NCBI GenBank assembly: GCA_030704665.1
Contig: JAUYID010000009.1
Span: forward strand, 160,454-224,453
Reading direction: 5' to 3'
Source: a bacterium
GTDB taxonomy: Bacteria; Patescibacteriota; Microgenomatia; Woykebacterales; RBG-16-39-9b
Length of the DNA stretch: 64,000 bases
Positions 41,899 to 51,800 of the stretch are shown here, piece after piece. The position numbers and the translations under genes were made by a program. A model generated the notes under the pieces. The model was not told the origin of the DNA, searched no databases, and was given only the letters and a program-made list of their open reading frames with translations. Every line of letters starts with the position of its first letter. Position 1 is the first letter of the stretch.

Positions 41899-44211
41899 TT
41901 GATTCTAAACCTAAATTGTATTAAAATAGTTTTAATGCCCAAGATCATCTACAGAATCATTCTACTGAGCTTTGTTTTGTTGTCACTAAACCCCTTTCTA
42001 TCTCCCAGAAAAATAGAGGCTTCGATAGAGGCTTGCAATGTTTCAGTCGATCCTCATCAAATCCAAGCTTCAAGTCAAGCTAGCTTTTACTTCACAGTCA
42101 GAAATTTTGATCAAAACCCGATTAGCTGGATAAAGATCACTAGACCATCAGCCAAATTTTCGATAGTCGAGCCTGTTTCTACCGGTGCTTGGTCGGCGAG
42201 CACAACTAGTAGCAGCATGACTCTGACCGGAGATGTAATCCAACCAAATTTCAGTGCCGATTTTGAGATAAAGGTCAGCACCAACGATCAAGTTTCGGCT
42301 AGTGCTGATTGGATAGTCCAAGTTTCAGACGATCTTGATGGAGCAAACCCTTTTAGTTGTAGTGGTAGTTTGGATACGGAAATAACTTGTGGTGGCTCTG
42401 ACTGTATTGGACCGGTGATTTCTAATATAGCCTTAAGCAATCTGACTACAAGCTCAATAACAATTAGCTGGAAAACAAATGAAGCAGCCACTTCACGCTT
42501 GGACTATGGAACAACGGCTAGCTACGGTCAGTTTAAAAATAATAGCAGTCTTGTTTTGACTCATTCTCTTTCCCTGACTGGACTTTCTTCAGACCGGAGC
42601 TATCATTTCAAAATCACTAGTGCTGATTCTGTCAACAATAGTACTGAGACTGGGGATAACACTTTCTTGACCCCAAAGCTGTCTAGTAGTTCTTCCGCAG
42701 GAGAAGGGGTGGCTGAGGAAAACAACTCTTTGGGTTCGAAAAAGAAAGATTTAGTCAAAAAAGAATCAGTTCCGCCAACAGTATCGGTAAAAACTGATTT
42801 TTCTAAGCCTTTCAAAAAGGGGCCAGAAATTGAGGGTACGGCCCGGGACAACGCCGGAGTTTTCTTGGTTGAGTACTCTACTGATGGTGGGAGCAACTGG
42901 TTGCCAGCTGACAAAATGGAAGATCGAGAAGCGAAAAAAGTGGACTTTAGTTTTACCCCAGTTAATCTTGAAGAGGGAAATTATCGGGTTGTTGTGCAGG
43001 CAACCGATACCTCAGGGAACGCTACTTTATCGAAAGAAGAAATTTTGGTGATCGACCGTCTAGACCCAACTGTAGGGGGAAGTGTGATCTCACTTGGTCC
43101 GCAGATTTTACTTCCAGACCGCAACGGTCTGACTCGCACTATCGTTGGTCTGGATCAAAAAGTGACTTTGAGCGCACTCGGTGGAGCAACGACAATAGAG
43201 ATTGGCACCAAAAACCAGTCTCTAAAAGAAGCCAAGAGTCAGCTTTTTTCTCTGACACGTTCAAGCCAAACTGGCCTTTGGAAAGGGGTAATGAACTTTA
43301 CTAGCCCTGGTCTTTACCCTTTGGTTGTAGAAGCAGTTGACGGGGCTGGAAAGAGAACAAAGAGAGAGATTGGTCAAGTCTTGGTTATTGCTAGCGGCAA
43401 AGTAGAAGAAACCCAAGCACCAAACCTAGGAGTTCTACCAACTCCAATTGCTGAGGCTAGAGTCACAGCTCTTTACTTTGAAGAAAGTTCAAATTCTTGG
43501 GTGGTTTGGGATGGGGAATCTTATGGACAAGCAAATCCAGAAAAAACTGATAGTGAAGGAAAGTATCAACTTTTTCTCCCCGCCGGAAAATACTATCTAA
43601 AGGTAGAAGCAAATGGCTACCAAACTCTAATCAGCAATATCTTTACTCTAGACAAGGCCACCCCGGTAGTTGAAAAAATTTCCTTAAAAAAAGCCCTCAG
43701 AATTGGCTTTGGTGACTTTTCCTTCTTTTTGCCAAGCTTTTCTGTTCAGAAAATCGATATTAGTACAAAACTAGAGGATTTAGGGGTTTCAAACTTAACA
43801 GAGAAACTAGTCGACAAAGATTTACCAAGCTTAGATTTGGAAGATACGAATTCAAAAGTAAGCAACTTACTTGAAAATTTGGGTAAGCCAACCCTGATCA
43901 GTTTTGTTTCGACTTGGGCACCTTCCAGCCAAGAACAGTTTTCAGCTCTGCAGAGTTTGCAGGCAAGTGCCGATATTAACATCGTCCCTGTCGCCGAAGG
44001 AGAGAATTTAAGCAAAATTAAAGCTTTTAAAGCAATTTCTGGTTCCAAACTGACTTTCCTAGTTGACCCTGATGGTCTAAGCGTTGAAAAATTCGCTTTT
44101 GCGAGCTTGCCAACACACTACGTGGTTGATCGAAAAGGGATTATCAAAAAAGTTCTGGTTGGAGTATTATCAAAAGAAGATATTCTTGAAAACTTAGGTA
44201 GTTTGAAATAA
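41899..44211 (+). CDS. Secreted multidomain protein (770 aa): FN3-like and Ig-like domains plus a C-terminal TlpA/ResA-like thioredoxin-fold domain lacking the CxxC motif
   Basis: Signal peptide. FN3-like ITISWKTNEAATSRLDYGTTASY...YHFKI. C-terminus PTLISFVSTWAPSSQEQF...FLVDPDGLSVEKF...HYVVDRKGIIK aligns to the TlpA motif FWASWCPPCRAE...LDPDG..A.Y.V...P..FLIDR.G.I, with the Cys residues replaced by A/S. Confidence 0.55.
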   Translation: MILNLNCIKIVLMPKIIYRIILLSFVLLSLNPFLSPRKIEASIEACNVSVDPHQIQASSQASFYFTVRNFDQNPISWIKITRPSAKFSIVEPVSTGAWSASTTSSSMTLTGDVIQPNFSADFEIKVSTNDQVSASADWIVQVSDDLDGANPFSCSGSLDTEITCGGSDCIGPVISNIALSNLTTSSITISWKTNEAATSRLDYGTTASYGQFKNNSSLVLTHSLSLTGLSSDRSYHFKITSADSVNNSTETGDNTFLTPKLSSSSSAGEGVAEENNSLGSKKKDLVKKESVPPTVSVKTDFSKPFKKGPEIEGTARDNAGVFLVEYSTDGGSNWLPADKMEDREAKKVDFSFTPVNLEEGNYRVVVQATDTSGNATLSKEEILVIDRLDPTVGGSVISLGPQILLPDRNGLTRTIVGLDQKVTLSALGGATTIEIGTKNQSLKEAKSQLFSLTRSSQTGLWKGVMNFTSPGLYPLVVEAVDGAGKRTKREIGQVLVIASGKVEETQAPNLGVLPTPIAEARVTALYFEESSNSWVVWDGESYGQANPEKTDSEGKYQLFLPAGKYYLKVEANGYQTLISNIFTLDKATPVVEKISLKKALRIGFGDFSFFLPSFSVQKIDISTKLEDLGVSNLTEKLVDKDLPSLDLEDTNSKVSNLLENLGKPTLISFVSTWAPSSQEQFSALQSLQASADINIVPVAEGENLSKIKAFKAISGSKLTFLVDPDGLSVEKFAFASLPTHYVVDRKGIIKKVLVGVLSKEDILENLGSLK

Positions 44212-45815
44212 TGCTGCCCCTTGCCTTTTTAGGTCAAAACTTACACTTTGCAATTAGCCTTTTTGCCTCTTTGGTTTGCTTTGCTGTTTTTTGGCTCTAC
44301 TTTGACGCCTGGGCCGCTAAGCGTCAGAGAAAAGAAATTTTTCTTTGGTTGGGATTCTTTTTACTTTCAGTTTCTTTTTTGAGCCACGCAACGACTATTG
44401 AGGACGGCATCTTGGGCAGCTCAATTTTGGGAAGTTTCAGCGAAATTTTCTCAACCCTTTTTCGCTCTCTAGGCTACTTACTTATTATCTTTGGACTAGC
44501 TCAAGATCCTCTGCAAAAGGTTCCTCAAACCGAAGGTTTGGTCTTAGAAAAGAAGCGAGCCTTATTTTTTCTCTCCAAGATCACTTGGTTGTCTTGGCTA
44601 AAATTCTTACCACCCTTTGGAGCGGCTTTGGTTTCGGTTCTTTATTTCCGTCGCGCCACCACTGGATTGGAAAGACACCTAAAAAGGGTGGCTCTGTCTT
44701 TTCTTGGGTTGACTTTAGCTGAGACCCTTTCTTTAGTGAGTCTATTTCGGGGTTCTGATAACCCCTTTATATTTAACTTAAGTTCCAGTTTCGGACCAGT
44801 TTGGTACTTGGAACACTTGGTCCTTTTTGTCAGCGTTCTTATTCTCGGAAAGTGGGTGTGGCAATATTTAACAACCCGGCTGCAAAGCCAGCTCTTCATG
44901 ATCTTTACGAGCAGTGTTCTTTTAATTTTCCTTACCACTACGGTTAGCTTCACTTTTCTTTTGCTCGGGAACATTCAAAAAGAAGCTCTCGATAACCTTG
45001 GAACAGCAACCAATGTTCTTAATTACGCTCTTTCCTCAAAACGTGAAGAAACCCTCGCGAACGCTGAAAGTTTGGCAGCCAATCCAGAAGTAGTAGCTGC
45101 CCTGCAAGAAAAGAATCACAAAAAACTGAACACGATCACTCAAGAACAACTTGAGGTAAAGGCTAAAGCTTCAATTATCATTACTGAGAATTCGGGACAA
45201 GTACTTTCAAGAGGGGAGGATCCGGCTCGTTGGGGGGATTCACTTTCTGATGACTCTCTCATCAAAAGAGCCTTGATCGGCCTTTCAGCTACTAGTGTTG
45301 AGACCAAGGAAGATGTGCTTGCACCTTTGATTTACCTCAAATCAGCCGTCAGTGTGCGCGACAGCCAAAAAAACATCATTGGGACGGTCAGCATTGCTAT
45401 TGTCATCGACAACAGTTTTCTTGACGGTATCAAGGCTGCCACTGGACTGGATAGCGCTATTTACGCTGGAAATGTACGTTCTGCGACTACATTTGTTGCA
45501 CCAGACGGAAAATCACGTTGGGTAGGTATCAAAGAAACTAGCCAGGAAATAAAGAGCAAAGTCCTTGAAAGAGGGAATACCTTCAAGGGAAGTGTCAAGG
45601 TCCTCAACAAAGCCTTTCTTGGGGCTTACAGCCCACTTAAAGACGTTAACAATGAAGTGGTTGGTATGCTCTTCATTGGCAGAGCCGAAAGCTCTATTTT
45701 GGCAGCAGCCGGAGCCTCGATTGAGCTGACTTTTGCCGTCGCTGCTCTTCTTTTAGCCTTTTCAATTCTCCCAGCCTTTTTGATCTCAAGGTTTTTGTCG
45801 AAACAGCTCTCCTAA
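44211..45815 (+). CDS. Polytopic membrane protein with an extracytoplasmic Cache/PDC-like sensor domain and no output domain. Likely accessory to the downstream histidine kinase.
   Basis: About 7 N-terminal TM helices, a roughly 250-aa external domain, and a terminal TM helix. Immediately upstream of and co-oriented with the histidine kinase (2-nt gap). Confidence 0.4.
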   Translation: MLPLAFLGQNLHFAISLFASLVCFAVFWLYFDAWAAKRQRKEIFLWLGFFLLSVSFLSHATTIEDGILGSSILGSFSEIFSTLFRSLGYLLIIFGLAQDPLQKVPQTEGLVLEKKRALFFLSKITWLSWLKFLPPFGAALVSVLYFRRATTGLERHLKRVALSFLGLTLAETLSLVSLFRGSDNPFIFNLSSSFGPVWYLEHLVLFVSVLILGKWVWQYLTTRLQSQLFMIFTSSVLLIFLTTTVSFTFLLLGNIQKEALDNLGTATNVLNYALSSKREETLANAESLAANPEVVAALQEKNHKKLNTITQEQLEVKAKASIIITENSGQVLSRGEDPARWGDSLSDDSLIKRALIGLSATSVETKEDVLAPLIYLKSAVSVRDSQKNIIGTVSIAIVIDNSFLDGIKAATGLDSAIYAGNVRSATTFVAPDGKSRWVGIKETSQEIKSKVLERGNTFKGSVKVLNKAFLGAYSPLKDVNNEVVGMLFIGRAESSILAAAGASIELTFAVAALLLAFSILPAFLISRFLSKQLS

Positions 45816-45816
45816 G

Positions 45817-47967
45817 ATGAATATTCGAGTCCAAACCAAACTAGTTTTTTTGCTTTGCTCCCTCTTGGTAGTTTTCTTCTCGATTCTTTTGTTGGTTCGT
45901 TTTTTTGCCAACCGCAACATTGATCTCCTTTTCGAGTCGAGACAGGAGGAAAAAGAAGTCCTTTTCGACAATATCATCAAATTAAAATCTTCTTCGCTTT
46001 CTGCCTACGCTTATGACTATACCTATTGGGACGAAATGGTTGAGTTTGTTGAAGGCAAAACCAAAGACTTTGGTGAGGAGATCATTGCCCCGAGCTTGTC
46101 CACTTATGACTCGAATGCGGTTTGGGTTTACAACACTGATCTCAAACTTATTTACTCAGTCAGTAACACAGAGAAGCAAGAACTTAAAGATTTCCCACTT
46201 GATAAAACTACCCTTTTGCGCATTTTCACCCATGGTCTTTTCCCTCATTTTTTTGTTGATTCAAAAGCTGGCTTGCTTGAAGTGGACGCTGCACCTATCC
46301 AACCAACTAGTGATGCCGAGAGGAAAACCGCCCCGAAAGGATTTTTTCTGACCGCCAGAGTTTGGGATCAAGAGTACTTGAAGGGAATTGAGTCTTTAGT
46401 CTCGGCGCGTCTGAAGATTCTTAAGACCAACCAAAGTGAAAGACAGGTCAGTGATTTTAGCAAAGGAAGTATTGTCTTTGAGCGTGATCTTCCCAGCTGG
46501 GACAACACTACCGTGGCAAGGATTCAAGTTGAAACGGATTCCCCAAGCCTGGTTTCTTTGGGCAAAACTTACAACAACCAACTAATTATTTTAGTTATCT
46601 TTGGGCTGGTTGTTTTTAGCTTGATCTTTGTCTTTCTTTTTCGCTGGATTGGCAACCCAATTTCTGTTTTGTCGACTAGTCTGAACAAGCAAGACCCTGG
46701 TGTATTGGCAAAACTAAGAGTTGACAAAGGTAGTGAGTTTGCTTCTTTGGCTGACCTGATCACCAAGTTCTTTGCCCAACAAGATGAGTTGCGTAAAGAA
46801 AAAAACCTTTTTGAGAAAAAAGTGGTTGAGCGTACCGCTGAGCTCAACAAAGAAAAGGAAGGTCTCAGTAAAGCCAACGAGGCGATAGGAGAGGGTTATT
46901 TGCAACTTCAGCAAGAGAAAGCACGTTTGGTTTCTTCGATTAACTCATTGACTTTGGGTTTTATCATGACTGACCTGAAAAATGAAGTTTTTATTGCTAA
47001 CCGTTCCGCGGCGAAAATTCTCGAAATTCAAAAACCAATTTTAACTATGAGCGACATCAAAGGTAAGATTGGAAAACTAGTTGACCTTGACCGCTACATT
47101 GAAAAGGCCAAAAAAGAGAAAGTCCCTCAAGAAGTCAAAGAGGTTAGTTTCGGCAACAAGTTTCTGCACCTCTTTTTCTCGCCAATTATTTTGCTGAAAG
47201 ACAAAGAAGAATACATCGGAGCAGTGGTCTTGCTTGAAGATATTACTGAAGCAAAGATTCTCGATCGTAGTAAAGATGAGTTCTTTTCGATTGCCTCGCA
47301 CGAACTGCGTACCCCACTGACCGCGATCCGGGGCAACACTTCACTGATCAGAGATTTCTACAGGGATAAGATTAAAGATAAAGAACTAGCCGAGATGATT
47401 GACGACATTCATGATTCTTCGATTCGTCTCATCAAAATCGTTAATGACTTTTTGGATACTTCCAGACTTGAACAAAAACGAATGGAGTTTAAAAAAGATA
47501 AGTTCAAGATTCTTGATTTAATCAAAGAGGTGAATAAGGAAATTGCTGCCAACGCAGAGCAAAAGAAAATTTCTTTGACAGTCAAAGATTCTGCTGACAA
47601 TACTGAAGTGGTTGCGGATCGAGATAGAAGCAAACAAGTACTTTTTAATTTGATCGGAAACGCGATCAAATATACTGATAAAGGTGGGGTGGAGGTAGAG
47701 ATAAACAAAACTAGCGGTTTTGCAAAAATTTCCGTTACTGACAGTGGCAAAGGAGTCCCTGCCGCCAATCAAAGCCTGCTTTTCCGTAAATTCCAGCAAG
47801 CGGCCAATAGTATTTTGACTCGGGATGGAGTCGGCGGTACAGGTTTAGGGCTCTATATCTCCAAACTTATGGTTGAGGGAATGGGTGGGAGCATCCAACT
47901 GGAAAAGTCAGTTGAAAATAAAGGTTCAGTCTTTAGCTTTACTTTGCCAACGGCAAAGCAGTCCTGA
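45817..47967 (+). CDS. Sensor histidine kinase with a periplasmic sensor domain, PAS, HisKA and HATPase domains
   Basis: Two TM helices flanking about 220 aa. H-box FSIASHELRTPLTAIRG. N-box LFNLIGNAIKYT. G-boxes DSGKGVP and GGTGLGLYISK. Confidence 0.85.
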   Translation: MNIRVQTKLVFLLCSLLVVFFSILLLVRFFANRNIDLLFESRQEEKEVLFDNIIKLKSSSLSAYAYDYTYWDEMVEFVEGKTKDFGEEIIAPSLSTYDSNAVWVYNTDLKLIYSVSNTEKQELKDFPLDKTTLLRIFTHGLFPHFFVDSKAGLLEVDAAPIQPTSDAERKTAPKGFFLTARVWDQEYLKGIESLVSARLKILKTNQSERQVSDFSKGSIVFERDLPSWDNTTVARIQVETDSPSLVSLGKTYNNQLIILVIFGLVVFSLIFVFLFRWIGNPISVLSTSLNKQDPGVLAKLRVDKGSEFASLADLITKFFAQQDELRKEKNLFEKKVVERTAELNKEKEGLSKANEAIGEGYLQLQQEKARLVSSINSLTLGFIMTDLKNEVFIANRSAAKILEIQKPILTMSDIKGKIGKLVDLDRYIEKAKKEKVPQEVKEVSFGNKFLHLFFSPIILLKDKEEYIGAVVLLEDITEAKILDRSKDEFFSIASHELRTPLTAIRGNTSLIRDFYRDKIKDKELAEMIDDIHDSSIRLIKIVNDFLDTSRLEQKRMEFKKDKFKILDLIKEVNKEIAANAEQKKISLTVKDSADNTEVVADRDRSKQVLFNLIGNAIKYTDKGGVEVEINKTSGFAKISVTDSGKGVPAANQSLLFRKFQQAANSILTRDGVGGTGLGLYISKLMVEGMGGSIQLEKSVENKGSVFSFTLPTAKQS

Positions 47968-48045
47968 ACGCAGTGAAGGTTTACCTTGCCAACGGCAAAG
48001 CAGTCTTGATAAAAATCTTTAAACTAACTTATAATTCTTTTGTAG

Positions 48046-48441
48046 ATGGCAAAAATACTTGTAGTTGAAGATGACCCTTTGATGGCTCGCATGTACGAGA
48101 AAATTTTCACTTTTGAAAAGTACGAAGTGGAAACAGCCAACAACGGTCAAGAAGGCTTACAAAAGGCGAGAACCGGCGCACCCACCCTCATCTTGCTTGA
48201 TATCATGATGCCGGAAAAAAACGGCCTTCAGGTCTTAGATGAGCTTAAGACTGATCCGAACACCAAAGCCATTCCGGTCGTAGTTTTGACCAACCTTGCT
48301 GGGGAAAAAGATGCTGAGACCGCTCTTGCCAAAGGTGCGGTCAAGTACATCATCAAAAGTGAGCACGAGCCAAAGGAAGTGGCCGACATGGTCAAACAAA
48401 TCCTTGCCGGCTACACCCGCGACGAGGTTCCTGGAGGTTAG
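48046..48441 (+). CDS. Single-domain response regulator (CheY-like receiver)
   Basis: KILVVEDDP ... LILLDIMMP (phospho-Asp) ... PVVVLT ... KGAVKYIIK. 131 aa. Confidence 0.8.
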   Translation: MAKILVVEDDPLMARMYEKIFTFEKYEVETANNGQEGLQKARTGAPTLILLDIMMPEKNGLQVLDELKTDPNTKAIPVVVLTNLAGEKDAETALAKGAVKYIIKSEHEPKEVADMVKQILAGYTRDEVPGG

Positions 48442-48464
48442 TGGTAAGTTTTAAGCTGTAAGTT

Positions 48465-48841
48465 CTAAGTTTGAAGAGATTTGATTAATCCACTCAACAT
48501 TTTGCCAATTTCCTCATGACCTGATTGTAAATTTTGATAGAGATCTTCTTTTAGATAACCAAGGTCTCGGGCTAAGAGTAAGTGATACTTAGTTTCCTCT
48601 AAAGATCCTCTCGCCATGTTGAGAAATTGCCTAAACTCCTTTTTGTGTGCCTGGAACTACCTTCCACTATGTTAGTTGTGATTGATGCAGAAGATCGTCT
48701 TATTTGATCGCCTAATCGGAATCTTTCTTCACTCGGAAACCGGTTGGTTATTGAATAAACAAAAAGAGTTAGTAGATGTGCTTTTTTCCAAACATCAAGT
48801 TTTTCAAAGCTATTTTTTGTTTTGAATCTTTGATCTTGCAT
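48465..48841 (-). pseudogene. Four-helix-bundle protein (23S rRNA intervening-sequence protein family), frameshifted at an A5 homopolymer
   Basis: The N-terminal 80-aa ORF ends ...NIVEGSSRHTKRSLGNFSTWREDL*. The +1 frame continues KKEFRQFLNMARGSLEETKYHLLLARDLGYL...IGKMLSGLIKSLQT*, the typical C-terminal half. The shift maps to cacacaaaaagg. Confidence 0.6.
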
Positions 48842-48866
48842 CGCTTAATCTTTTTATCTAAATGTA

Positions 48867-51800
48867 TTATTCCTTATTCACTATCAACCAGTTGAAACGA
48901 AGGTTCTGGGTTGCCGAGGCACTTGCTTCGCCCGGTAAATCGCCACGGTTTCGTTGTAACCCAACCACAAAGCCCTCACCACTTCGTTTTTCTTTGATAT
49001 AAAAAGTGAGTCCATCGGTTTTGGTCGTTGGGGTGATATAAATCAAAGAAGAGTCAGTTATCTTTTCTGATTCGATGAAGACTTCATTTGCTCCCGGATC
49101 GAAGCTGATCTCACCAGCCACTTGAGAATCGTCTTTGACGACTAGCTCACCAAAAATCAGTTTTCTGAACTCACCTACCCAGGAAGTCACCGAGAGGAAA
49201 ACAGCTTCACCTGAGTTTGAGATCCAAGAGACAGCTTTGCCTGAGGACTGGTACCAAATACCGGCAGCGTTGTTCAGGACTTGATCGAGCTGGTCTTCAG
49301 TGAGTTTGTCAGCGACTAGATCAGAAGCTTGACCTACGACTTGGTGAGATCGAGCCGCAACTGAATCAGGAACATCCTGAACTTCTTGCTCGGGGACCGG
49401 GTAGCTGGGAGCATCGTCCTGCCAGACACGAACATAGTCAATATGAAAATTGAAGTTGCTGTTGAGAGAAGCATTAGCATGAGTATTGGCAAACCAACCC
49501 CAAGCCAAACCATCGACTGTAACCGAACCAAACGCCGGACAGGCAGTCCAACTGACTCCATCGGAGACATCACCATCCACGTAAGCATTGACACTAGCAG
49601 CAGAGGCACCAGCGCTAACGACTTCAATCCTCATGACCGCAAAGTTGGTGGTTGAGATGGTTACACCACAATCTTTGGTACTGATAGTAGCGCCATTCTG
49701 CAAACTGACATTCCAAGTCGTGTCGTTACAGGTACTGGCAGTGGTGGGGTCAGTACAGTTGCTGAAATAAATTCCGCTATCGTCACTGGTGTCCATAATG
49801 TCTTGAGCATCAGTGCTAACTCCTGAGCCGGCCGTACCAAGATTGCCCAGACCGATGAAGTAGCGTGAATTCGTATCCCCAGAGGCGGCTCGGGTCGGTC
49901 TGACCTTAAAAAGGGCAACTGGCAGGTTGTTACTATTAAACATAAGCTGAGCGTCATTGGCAGTGTTGGTACCGATGTACTCGAGACAGGCCGCGTTGCC
50001 AGTCCCATCGGCAGCATTAATTTCTTCATAACCACCATTTGAGTCCGCCACTGAGCGAAAAGCACAGGCTGCAGTTGCGCCTAGGGTGACGGCAACAGAA
50101 ATTGGTCCGGTGGAAGCGGTACAGTTGTTGGTGTTGCCGTCCCCACCACGGGCGTTGACTGTCTCAGCAATGCAACCGGCACCAGCGGTGCGAAGGCGGT
50201 TAAATTCTTCTGCATAGTAACTATTGACACTGGCAAAAGCTCCACCAATCGCCAGACCGCCGAAGTTGGTATTCAAATCCTTGAACTGGAAGAGGGTGTT
50301 GGAAGAAGTGTCTTGCAGGTTTAAGACAGCAGTGTTGTCTGTAGCGGTCAATTTTAGCACTGAAGTCGCCCCGGAAAGCTGGACTTCAGTGTCTGAGTCA
50401 GTGGAAATAACCAAGTCTCCAGTTCCCGCCGGTGTAACGGTGATCGCCCGGTTACTTGCGCTAGTAATGTCAGCCCCACCACTGCTCAGAGTTCCGGTAA
50501 AACTGATACCGGTATCAAAAGTACCGGCGACCGTGATGCCGTTGGCTGTGGCCGAAGCCCCACCATCCTTTAAAGTTAAATTCAGACCGATTTGGTTGCC
50601 AGAAGAGGAGTTGGGGACGGTGTAGTTGGTGGAGAGGTCAATGTCGAGTCCAGTGAGGGCCGCGCTCTGGCTCACGGCAGTGACTGCGCCAACATCGAGA
50701 ATATTGCCGGAAGTTTGAGTGGGCGTGAATTTAAACTCACCGTTTTCTTGAAATTCAAGGGTATGAGCAGTAAGGCTCCCGTTGCGGTAAAATACCCAGC
50801 CAGTGACATTGTCAGCGCTAGCGTTGCCATTGTCTACGCCAATGTATAGGTGAGCGGAGGCGGAGATATTACCGTGTTGCCCCAATCCTCCAAGGTCAGA
50901 CACAGTTAAAGTAAGTTGCCCGCCGCTGTCTCCGACCTTAAAACTACCATCCTCATCTATATTTACGCTTGGAACCCCAGCCCCTCCGTTGGTAATTGTT
51001 AAAGTGTCAGCCGCCGCGTTGTTTAAATCAATAGTGAACGAACCGGAAGAAAGGATTTTGTTGGTACCAAGATTAATACCGTTGGTACAGGAACAACTAG
51101 ACAGATCAATGCCGTCAGTAATAACACCGGAATTTGTAGTTTCGATCAGAACACCGTTGCTGATGGTGGAGGCTGGGTAGTCGGAAACTATGTGGAGACC
51201 GTTTGTTAGAGTAGAAGTAGATGCCCCACAAACTGCCGTAATACATTGCGATGAGGCGTAGAAAGCATCAGTTCCAACCACACTGTGATCACCTACTTCA
51301 ATTGAACCTCCTAAAATACTGTAAGAGAAACCAGTGGTTATATTTCCTTCAGAGGCTCCACTCCCCAATTTTACACCGGTAGACAAAGTTGTACCTGTTG
51401 GTACAGCTATACTAAGACCAATTCCAGCACTAGTTACAGAAATTGCAGTTGTTGTTGTGCCAATGGAAATTGCAGTTGTGGTCGTTGCGCCCAAACTTAT
51501 TCCCGTGGTCATCGTACCAGAGAGGCTAATGCCAGTTGTAAAAGTACCACCGGCGGTGTCAACAAGATTGATACCGTTGGTGATATTACCGCCGGAATTG
51601 GTTATCTCAATGCCGTCGGTGATACCGGCGTTGGCAGCCGAATCGATTTTGAGAGCATTACTTACTACTATGGAGCTGCCGGTCGAAGTGTCCAATTGCT
51701 GCAGTAGTAGCAGGTTCTCGGTTACGTTGTCAGTCGATAAGGAATCGTTTTGAGCGTTGTTAATGACGACTCCAGAATCTGTTCCGGCTGAAGTCCCAGC

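Noticed and set aside
47935-48005. About 22-nt direct repeat (ttgccaacggcaaagcagtc) spanning the histidine-kinase stop codon
   Set aside because: It is probably a small local duplication forming a short hairpin. It is too small and isolated to interpret.
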